Assembly: GCA_016841045.1 (NCBI GenBank)
Contig: JAENZX010000002.1
Span: forward strand, 18,375 to 50,374
DNA from: Thermincola ferriacetica
GTDB lineage: Bacteria > Bacillota > Thermincolia > Thermincolales > UBA2595
Direction of reading: 5' to 3'
DNA: 32,000 bases
The notes beneath the pieces were generated by a model. The model worked only from the letters and a program-made list of their open reading frames with translations. It made no database searches and was not told where the DNA came from. Position numbers and translations under genes: made by a program. Shown here piece by piece: positions 16,694 to 24,125 of this stretch; the first letter of the stretch is position 1, and the number at the start of each line of letters is the position of its first letter.

Positions 16694-17007
16694 GTCCATC
16701 CGTGTAATCCGTGGCTGATTTTTTATAGCCCCCGGATTTTCTGAGACTTTGTACCTTTGTAGTTGGGTTGTATAAGTAAATATGTATGTGAGGGAGGCTG
16801 TTTTGGTTGACGGTCTCCTTTTTATTTTGGGCAGGGCTTTAGGGGTTGGAATAGATTACCACAGGGCACAGAGGGCACAGAGAAAAAATTGTATGGGATG
16901 GGCTTTAGGGTCGATACAGCTGATGATGGCGCGGATGAACACGGATACAAGAGAGTGACGGGGTAGGGAAATGTTGTGGGGGGGCGGAAAAGATTGAACC
17001 GCAGAGG
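16694..17007. repeat. Cluster of short related repeats (CACGGAT / CACAGAG / CCGCAGAGG words)
   Basis: gtccatccgtgtaatccgtggc (16694-16715) is the inverted match of gcgcggatgaacacggatac (16929-16948). The tandem accacagggcacagagggcacagag lies at 16858-16882. A third aaaagattgaaccgcagagg lies at 16988-17007. Confidence 0.5.
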
Positions 17008-17543
17008 ATGAAAAAGTACGATGTAATGCTGAAAAATTTAATCAATACCGTACTTAACACAAATATTGGCCACCTATTTTTGAAGTGACCCTAAAAAGTT
17101 AAACAAAATTTATTAAGCAACCATACAGGAATGACTGCCAGCCTTGGTCAAAATGAATAATAAAGTCATATTGACCATTGACATACGTGGACGCGGACAT
17201 GTAGGAGCATATCTTCTCATGTAAATAACACATATTTGTTTAAATCTAATCTTATAAAAAGACTTTCTTCATGTAAGAAACTAAAATGTTTCATAATTGA
17301 AAAAAAGAGCGTTCATTAGGTGAATGTTACCCCTGACCGGTAGATTTATGGGAGTTAGTGGAATTTGCCGTATTGTAGATTTATATTTTCCGGTTCTTAA
17401 TGGTCAAAATTGAGGCCCGAATAACATTGTAATTGGTAGATTGAGGTGGTAAACTTAAACCGTACTATATGAACGAACAATATTCTATAATATTAAACGA
17501 AAGGGGTGAATATATTAAAGCAAATGTACTTAGGAAGGTAAAT

Positions 17544-17620
17544 AAAAAACCGCTATTAAGTCCGCCTCGCCAAAGACCAACTTAATAACGGCAGCAGCCC
17601 GGCACTTGACAGTGCCTAGC
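17544..17620 (+). repeat. Conserved ~75-nt block, copy 1 (upstream of iclR): hairpin with conserved loop
   Basis: Stem 17550-17561/17580-17591 (11 of 12 pairs) encloses the loop CCGCCTCGCCAAAGACCA, followed by GCAGCAGCCC and the palindrome GGCACT-N4-AGTGCC. It is about 75% identical to 18436-18510. Confidence 0.5.
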
Positions 17621-17690
17621 TTCCATAGCTATTTTAATAAAAAGAGTAACAAGTGTCAATTAAAAATTAACTAAGATTGGAGCAATCGAT

Positions 17691-18434
17691 ATGATTTTAT
17701 CAGTCAAAAAAGCTATGGATATTTTAGATTGCATTGACCAAAAAGGCAGAATGAGTCTTAAGGATCTAAGCAATCAGCTGGGCATGCCCAAGAGTACCGC
17801 CTGCCAACTGGCCCAAACACTTGAGGCCTGTGGGTATCTCCAACAGGATTCAGGTACAGGAGATTATTTTCTCTCGTACAAATTCTTCCGGATTGGTTAT
17901 GATATTCTGGAAAAGCTTGGTATTCGTGAATGTGTCTTGCCGGTTATTGAAAAGCTCAGCAAGGAAACCCAAGAAACCATTAATTTAAGCGTTCTGGATG
18001 AAGCTAAGGCATTATATATCGAAAAGATTGAGACTTCGCTAATTCATACCGGGATTAAGGTAGGCAGCCATGCACCGCTGCATTGTACAGCTTCCGGAAA
18101 AGCTATGTTGGCCAGCCTGCCCCGGGAAAAGATATCTGATGTCCTGGAGAAATGTGTACCTTTTGAAGTGTTCACGGAAAAAACTATAGTAACAGTTGAA
18201 GACCTGTTGAATGAATTGGAAGTGTGCCGCGACCAGGGTTATGCGTTATGCAAAGACGAGATAGCCAAGGGTGTTTATGCAGTTGGGGCAGTCATCCATG
18301 GTTATCCCGGCAGGGAAGCGGCGGCTCTGAGCATAGCAGGACCATCCAACAGGTTTACACCGGAAAGAATGTCTGAATTAATAGATCTCATTCTTGAAGC
18401 CTGTGAAGCAATATCCCGGAAATTCAAGGCCTGA
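17691..18434 (+). CDS. IclR family transcriptional regulator
   Basis: It has an N-terminal winged HTH (MSLKDLSNQLGMPKSTACQLAQTLEACGYLQQD) and a C-terminal IclR effector domain (HCTASGKAMLASLP...ALSIAGP). Confidence 0.9.
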   Translation: MILSVKKAMDILDCIDQKGRMSLKDLSNQLGMPKSTACQLAQTLEACGYLQQDSGTGDYFLSYKFFRIGYDILEKLGIRECVLPVIEKLSKETQETINLSVLDEAKALYIEKIETSLIHTGIKVGSHAPLHCTASGKAMLASLPREKISDVLEKCVPFEVFTEKTIVTVEDLLNELEVCRDQGYALCKDEIAKGVYAVGAVIHGYPGREAAALSIAGPSNRFTPERMSELIDLILEACEAISRKFKA

Positions 18435-18435
18435 T

Positions 18436-18510
18436 AAAAACCGTAATTAAGCCCGCCTCGCCAATTGACCGGCTTATTTACGGAAGCAGCCCAATACTGA
18501 CAGGGGCCTG
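18436..18510 (+). repeat. Conserved ~75-nt block, copy 2 (between iclR stop and the UbiD-family gene)
   Basis: Stem 18441-18453/18471-18483 (12 of 13 pairs) encloses the loop CGCCTCGCCAATTGACC. Two base pairs are compensatory relative to copy 1 (U-A to C-G and U-A to A-U). Confidence 0.5.
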
Positions 18511-18643
18511 GTTTCTTATTGCCATTTTGCTTCATTAGCTGATATATAAACACCCCGTATATACACTACCTGAACGAAAGGGGGGTAAATTTACTGGCTG
18601 CAAAAATGAGGCGGGCAGACAAAAACAAAAAGGAGGAATTCTA

Positions 18644-20116
18644 GTGAAAAGTCTTAATGACTGGTTAAAAAAAGTTGAAGAAATTGGTGAGTTGGTTAGG
18701 GTAAAAGCAGAAGTAGATCCGGTATTGGAAATGTCCACGGTAACTTATTTAAACGGTAAAGAAGTCGGCGGGCCGACACTTCTGTTTGAAAATGTTAAGG
18801 GACATCCCGGACATAAGTGTCTCTTTAATCCTTTTGGCAGCAGCTTAAACAGGTTTGCTCTGGCTATCAGGGAAGAACCTAATAAAAAGCCCATTGAACT
18901 GGTTAATATTTTAAAAGGAAAAATGAACAAGAAAATTGCGCCCAAAGAAATTGATGCTGCTAAAGCCCCTGTAAATCAGAATATAGACATCGGTGACGCA
19001 GTTGACGTTACCATATTCCCGGCTCCCCATATGTGGCCCCATGATGGTGGCAAATATATTGGTACCGCTGACTCTGTCATTACCATGGATCCCAATACCG
19101 GTAGAGTTAACCTGGGGACTTACAGACAGATGATCGAAGGCACTCAGCAGGTCGGTTACTATTCTTCTCCTGGTAAGGACACCCTGTTAGACAGGGAATT
19201 ATGGTGGGCTAAGGGTAAGCCGGCACCGGTTGCTGCAGTATACGGCAATGATCCGCTGATGTTCATGGTTTCAGCCACCTCCTTCCCCAAGGATGTGTCG
19301 GAATATGAATATGCCGGCGGAATTGCCGGAGAACCTATTGAAGTATTCAAGAGTGATATTACAGGACTCTTGCTGCCAGCTAACGCAGAGATTATTATTG
19401 AAGGTTTCTGTTACCCCGATAAGAATGCTGAGGAAGGTCCTTTTGGTGAGTTCCAGGGCTATTACGGCCGTCCAGGCGGTCCCACTCCCTATATCGAAAT
19501 CAAGGCTATCCGCTACCGTAACAATCCTGTTCTGACATCTGCCTTAATGGCTGATTGGCCTTCTAACGAATGCGGAGTAATGTGGGGCATGGCTAAAGCA
19601 GCTAAGGTTTGGCAAGATTTGGACCTCATGGGAGTTCCGGGAATCAAAGGAGTATGGTCACCTCCGGAAGCAGCTGGCTGGGGCTGGACAGTAGTCTCCA
19701 TTGAGCAAAGATATGCCGGACACGCTGCTCAGGTAGGAGCGTTGGCGGCACAATGTATGGGAGGGGCATATTTCAGCAAATATATAGTGGTCGTTGACGA
19801 AGACATAGATCCTTCAAACCTTTCCGACGTCATTTGGGCGATGGCTACCCGTTCGCGTCCGGCACAATCAATTGATATTTTGCGCGAAACCTGGAGTACT
19901 TACCTGGATCCCAGCTTAAATCCGGCTGAAATCAGACCGTGGGGCTCAAAGATCATCATAAACGCCTGTAAAGAATTTAAGTACATTAACAGCTGGAGTA
20001 AGCGTACCCGGTTAAGTAAACCTGTGTACAAAAAGGTTGCTGCAAGGTGGACGGAACTGGGTCTTAAAGGACAGGCTCCAGAAATTGAAGTCTTTGAAGA
20101 GGATGATAAGTACTAA
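18644..20116 (+). CDS. UbiD-family prFMN-dependent (de)carboxylase, paralogue 1 (490 aa)
   Basis: It shows UbiD-family hallmarks: GGPTLLFENVKG, VNLGTYRQ (N-x-G-x-Y-R) and EEGPFGEFQGYYG (E-x4-E acid/base motif). AAGGAGG lies 7 nt upstream of the GTG start. Confidence 0.9.
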   Translation: MKSLNDWLKKVEEIGELVRVKAEVDPVLEMSTVTYLNGKEVGGPTLLFENVKGHPGHKCLFNPFGSSLNRFALAIREEPNKKPIELVNILKGKMNKKIAPKEIDAAKAPVNQNIDIGDAVDVTIFPAPHMWPHDGGKYIGTADSVITMDPNTGRVNLGTYRQMIEGTQQVGYYSSPGKDTLLDRELWWAKGKPAPVAAVYGNDPLMFMVSATSFPKDVSEYEYAGGIAGEPIEVFKSDITGLLLPANAEIIIEGFCYPDKNAEEGPFGEFQGYYGRPGGPTPYIEIKAIRYRNNPVLTSALMADWPSNECGVMWGMAKAAKVWQDLDLMGVPGIKGVWSPPEAAGWGWTVVSIEQRYAGHAAQVGALAAQCMGGAYFSKYIVVVDEDIDPSNLSDVIWAMATRSRPAQSIDILRETWSTYLDPSLNPAEIRPWGSKIIINACKEFKYINSWSKRTRLSKPVYKKVAARWTELGLKGQAPEIEVFEEDDKY

Positions 20117-20281
20117 ACATTTGATTGATTGACAGCACCCCGGGATTCAGGAATTTCTTCTCCCGCATCCCGGGGGAATTACCTTATCCCAATAAATAGC
20201 GCCAGGGGGTTATTTGCAAACCGGCCCCAAAGAGTGGATTACCTTTGATAAATTCCAAAAGGCAAATTGGGGGGAATAGTG

Positions 20282-21586
20282 ATGAATGGTGGTATAGACA
20301 CAAAATCAAATGGTAATGTTTATTTTGAACGTGGCTACGGGATTGTCGATAGTCTGAAGAACCTCCCGCACAGTTTCAATATCAAGAACATTACGGCAGC
20401 TTTAATTGCCACAGTATTTAGTTTGGCCGGACCGATAATTTTATTAATTAAAGTAGCTAATGAGGCTCATTTAACTAATGAACAAACCGGTTCCTGGCTG
20501 ATGATGATTTATCTTGTCAGCGGTATCCTGATGGTTACACTAGCCCTGTATTACAGGCAGCCTATAGCTATTGCCTTTTCGTTACCGGGCATTGTAGTTA
20601 TTGGCGGCCTATTGAAAGTGTTTTCCCTGGAACAAATGGTCGCAGGTTATGTTTTTGGGGGGGCGATAATGCTTTTCCTGGGAGTGTCCGGTTTAATTAA
20701 AAAGGTAATCAAGTATTTGCCTGTACCAATTATCATGGGTATGATTGCTGGCGCGTTGTTTAGTTACGCCACCGGAATCATTACCTCAGTTCAAAAGGAT
20801 CCCCTGGGTGCTGGTTTAACATTAGCTGCCTTTTTAATAGGAGGTCTGTTGTTTAAACGTATACCCCCTCAACTTTTAGCTTTGGCAGTTGGTATAATCG
20901 TCAGCATATTCATTATGAAGTCAAAAATAGCTTCCGATGCAATGGGCTTCTATACTCCGGTCTTTTTTAAACCAGATTTTAGTTTTGCTGCGATAGTATC
21001 TGTCAGTGTACCGTTAGTCATGATGGAACTCGCTGATTTTTTAAAAGGTTACGGTATCCTGCGAGCTAACCAATACGATCCGCCTGTTAATAGCATGATA
21101 AATTCTACCGGGATATTCACAATGATTGCTTCCTTTTTCGGGGCGCATACCATTACTGTTGCCGGTCCGGTAACTGCGATAACTTCCTGTGAAGATGCCG
21201 GGCCACTGGAACACAGGTGGGTTGGAGGGTTTTTAAAAGGGGTAATCCAGATTTTGGTTGCCTTGCTCGGTGGAATTTTAGTTCCTTTTTTAAGGGCACT
21301 TCCTTCAACTGTTGCCGCTGTTTTGGCCGGTTTAGCAATGCTCAGCTTGTTTTTAGGGGCATTTGACGTAGCCTTTAATAAGGGCAGCAACTTTAAAGTA
21401 GGTGCATTTACCGCTTTTATCGTTGCATATTCGAATATCAGTATTTACAGCATTGGCTCTCCGGTATGGGCGTTAATATTTGGTGTGATAGTTTCCCTGA
21501 TTTTTGAAAGGGAAAACATCAAGTCTTTTTTAAATCCCTCTAGCTCAACGGAAGTACCAGCTGTACCGGTTATTAATGTGGATTAA
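20282..21586 (+). CDS. benE: BenE-family benzoate/aromatic-acid:H+ symporter-like membrane protein
   Basis: It is a polytopic membrane protein. Segments recall E. coli YdcO/BenE from memory (SWLMMIYLVSGILMVTLALYYRQPIAIAFSLPG; FKPDFSFAAIVSVSVPLVMM). ATG 20282 follows a G-rich RBS. Confidence 0.75.
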   Translation: MNGGIDTKSNGNVYFERGYGIVDSLKNLPHSFNIKNITAALIATVFSLAGPIILLIKVANEAHLTNEQTGSWLMMIYLVSGILMVTLALYYRQPIAIAFSLPGIVVIGGLLKVFSLEQMVAGYVFGGAIMLFLGVSGLIKKVIKYLPVPIIMGMIAGALFSYATGIITSVQKDPLGAGLTLAAFLIGGLLFKRIPPQLLALAVGIIVSIFIMKSKIASDAMGFYTPVFFKPDFSFAAIVSVSVPLVMMELADFLKGYGILRANQYDPPVNSMINSTGIFTMIASFFGAHTITVAGPVTAITSCEDAGPLEHRWVGGFLKGVIQILVALLGGILVPFLRALPSTVAAVLAGLAMLSLFLGAFDVAFNKGSNFKVGAFTAFIVAYSNISIYSIGSPVWALIFGVIVSLIFERENIKSFLNPSSSTEVPAVPVINVD

Positions 21587-21754
21587 TTATTTCCGCTGCC
21601 TTCAGGTAATATCAGACGTGCTTTCCTGGCAGCGAACAGAACCGACTGCTGCTGTTCGACTGCCCGGAAATTACCGCAACCAAATATACAAGGCACAGAA
21701 GTATATAACTTTGTCGTCAATGAATGAGGAAAAATAAACGAGGTGATATAGCTT

Positions 21755-22357
21755 ATGAAACGAATTGTTATTGCTATTTCAGGTGCTACAGGAGCTATTT
21801 ACGGAGTACGTCTGCTAGAAGCGCTGCAGTTACAAAAAAGCTTGGAAGTTCACCTTGTTATGAGTCCGTGGGCGGAAAAAACCATTGCCTTAGAGACTAG
21901 GTACGGAATTGACCAGGTGAAAAAAATGGCTGCACACGTCCATGATTACCGGAACCAAGGTGCCCCCATTGCCAGCGGCTCTTTCGGTGTGGATGGAATG
22001 GTAGTCATCCCTTGCAGTATGAAAACCCTGTCCGGTATAGCTCATGGCTATGCTGATAACCTTATCGGCCGAGCTGCCGATGTAATGCTTAAAGACAGAA
22101 AACGGTTGATTCTTGTTCCCAGGGAAACTCCGCTCAATGAAATTCACCTGGAAAATATGCTCAAACTCACCAGAGCAGGTGTTATAATGGCCCCGCCGAT
22201 GCCGGCATTTTACAACCTGCCCACCAGTTTAGACGACATTATTAACCATCAGATTTCCCGGATTCTTGATTTATTAAATATTGAAAATCAACTGACCCGA
22301 CGCTGGGGAAATGTTTATATAGCCGATGATGAGCAAAAAGAGGCTTTGAATTATTAA
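21755..22357 (+). CDS. ubiX: Flavin prenyltransferase UbiX (prFMN synthase)
   Basis: It has MKRIVIAISGATGAIYGVRLLEAL, VIPCSMKTLSGIA and LILVPRETPL. The length is 200 aa, and it is the only UbiX gene in the window. Confidence 0.93.
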   Translation: MKRIVIAISGATGAIYGVRLLEALQLQKSLEVHLVMSPWAEKTIALETRYGIDQVKKMAAHVHDYRNQGAPIASGSFGVDGMVVIPCSMKTLSGIAHGYADNLIGRAADVMLKDRKRLILVPRETPLNEIHLENMLKLTRAGVIMAPPMPAFYNLPTSLDDIINHQISRILDLLNIENQLTRRWGNVYIADDEQKEALNY

Positions 22358-22408
22358 TAAAAAGAAAAAGTAGAAAATTTTACTAAGCTGGTTAAGGAGG
22401 CGTCAAAA

Positions 22409-23983
22409 ATGAGTGAGACCGAATTGGTAATCCCTGAAAAATTAAATATAGCCGTAGAGTTGGTCGATAAAAACCTTCAAATGGGTAGAGGAAAAAAGGT
22501 CGCAATTTATTACAAGGATCAAACATTAACTTATGAAGATGTCTACAAGTCGGTAAATAGAACCGGTAACGCTTTGAAAAATCTGGGTATTGGTATGGAG
22601 GACCGGGTGTTACTTCTGCTTTTTGATAGCCCGGAGTTTGTTGCCAGTTTTTTGGGGGCAATAAAAATTGGGGCAGTACCAATTCCTACTAATACTCTCT
22701 TAAAAGCCAGGGACTATCTGTATTTGTTAAATGACAGCCGGGCAAAAGTAGCTGTAGTCAATGAAGCTTTGGCACCGTTAATTGAAGAAGTGAGGAGTGA
22801 ACTCCTGTATCTGCGGCATTTAGTAGTAGTTGGTAACGCAGGTCCTAACCAACTGTCTTATGAACAATTGGTGGACGATGCCTGCGATGAATTAGTACCT
22901 GCGGATACCAGCAAAGATGATCCTGCGTTTTGGCTGTATAGTTCGGGTACTACCGGTTTTCCCAAAGGAACAGTCCATTTACAGCATGACATCCTGGTAG
23001 CATGCGAACTATATGGTAAAGGAATTCTAAAAATTAATGAAAACGACATTACTTTTTCCATTGCCAAACTCTTTTTCGCATATGGTTTGGGAAACGGATT
23101 ATATTTCGCTTTTTATGTGGGCGCTTCAACCGTGCTTTATCCCGACAGGTTCCTTCCACTAGTATATTTCGATATAATCAAACAATATAATCCGACTTTG
23201 TTCTTCGGTGTCCCTACCGCTTATGGTGCGATGCTCCAGGTAGCTGAAAACATTCTGAATCTAGATTTGAGTTCTGTACGGTACTGTGTTTCTGCCGGGG
23301 AAGCTTTGCCAAAGGCGATTTTTGAAGCGTGGAAGAAGAAATTTAATTTACTTATTTTAGATGGTATTGGGTCTACTGAGATTACTCATATCTTTATTTC
23401 CAACAGACCCGATGATTACAAAGGAGGGACTTCCGGTAAGCCTGTGCCGGGGTATGAAGCCAAGATTATAGACCAGGATGGCAACAAGTTACCTGATGGA
23501 GAGATGGGCACCCTGATGGTTAAAGGTGATAGTATAGCAGCTTATTATTGGAACAGGCATGAGAAAACCAAAGAAACTTTCTTCGGTCCCTGGATAAATA
23601 CCGGAGATAAATATTATGTGGATGATGAAGGCTATTACACATATGTAGGCCGGGGCGATGACATGATTAAGGCTGGTGGGATTTGGGTATCTCCCATTGA
23701 GGTAGAAAACACAATTATGGAGCATAAGGCTGTTCTTGAATGTGGGGTTATTGGTGCAGTTGATAATGACAGCCTGGTGAAACCCAAGGCTTTTGTAGTA
23801 CTAGAAGAAGGGTTTAAGGCGTCAGAGGAATTGACCACGGAGATTCAGAAATATGTTAAGGAACGGATAGCACCGTATAAGTATCCCCGCTGGATAGACT
23901 ATGTCACAGAACTGCCTAAAACAGCTACAGGTAAGACCATGAGGTTTATGCTGAGGAGACTTGATGAAGAAAAACAAAGTTGA
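22409..23983 (+). CDS. Benzoate-CoA ligase family (aromatic acid:CoA ligase, AMP-forming)
   Basis: It has the AMP-binding motif LYSSGTTGFPKGTVH, then GEALP, NTGDKY...GRGDDMIKAGGIWV and a C-terminal PKTATGKTMRF. The N-terminal pattern IPEKLNIAVELVD is typical of benzoate/hydroxybenzoate-CoA ligases. Confidence 0.85.
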   Translation: MSETELVIPEKLNIAVELVDKNLQMGRGKKVAIYYKDQTLTYEDVYKSVNRTGNALKNLGIGMEDRVLLLLFDSPEFVASFLGAIKIGAVPIPTNTLLKARDYLYLLNDSRAKVAVVNEALAPLIEEVRSELLYLRHLVVVGNAGPNQLSYEQLVDDACDELVPADTSKDDPAFWLYSSGTTGFPKGTVHLQHDILVACELYGKGILKINENDITFSIAKLFFAYGLGNGLYFAFYVGASTVLYPDRFLPLVYFDIIKQYNPTLFFGVPTAYGAMLQVAENILNLDLSSVRYCVSAGEALPKAIFEAWKKKFNLLILDGIGSTEITHIFISNRPDDYKGGTSGKPVPGYEAKIIDQDGNKLPDGEMGTLMVKGDSIAAYYWNRHEKTKETFFGPWINTGDKYYVDDEGYYTYVGRGDDMIKAGGIWVSPIEVENTIMEHKAVLECGVIGAVDNDSLVKPKAFVVLEEGFKASEELTTEIQKYVKERIAPYKYPRWIDYVTELPKTATGKTMRFMLRRLDEEKQS

Positions 23984-24125
23984 TGATTAATACCTAAACC
24001 TTAAATACCTCATAAAGCCGCTTAAGTATAAATTTTAACCTTTTATCCAGTGAATTGTTGACAGTAGCGTAATAATAGAATGGTTTAATGACAGGTATAC
24101 TTAGATTACGCTGGGAGTGACTAAA

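Noticed and set aside
16009-16744. ORFs 16009-16509 (-, 166 aa) and 16421-16744 (+, 107 aa).
   Set aside because: The first is antisense to the 3' end of the ABC-F gene. The second spans the repeat cluster. Both give low-complexity translations with no RBS.
17598-17616. Sigma54-like sequence CGGCAC-ttgac-AGTGC upstream of iclR, and TGGTTT-cttaT-TGCC at 18499-18513 upstream of ubiD1.
   Set aside because: The GG-to-GC spacing is off by +1 and -1 respectively, and sigma54 promoters tolerate essentially no spacing change. The first is better explained as the palindrome GGCACT-N4-AGTGCC.
18606-18644. 12-codon mini-ORF (MRRADKNKKEEF) whose TAG stop overlaps the GTG start of UbiD1.
   Set aside because: No Shine-Dalgarno precedes its ATG. 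Its coding region simply contains the UbiD1 RBS, so it is probably fortuitous. It is noted only because it covers the 9-nt complement of the conserved loop.
24056-24081. TTGACA ... TAGAAT upstream of the sigma54 activator gene, considered as a SigA promoter.
   Set aside because: The spacer between the two hexamers is only 12 nt. No alternative hexamer pair with 16-18-nt spacing was found, so no promoter is called.
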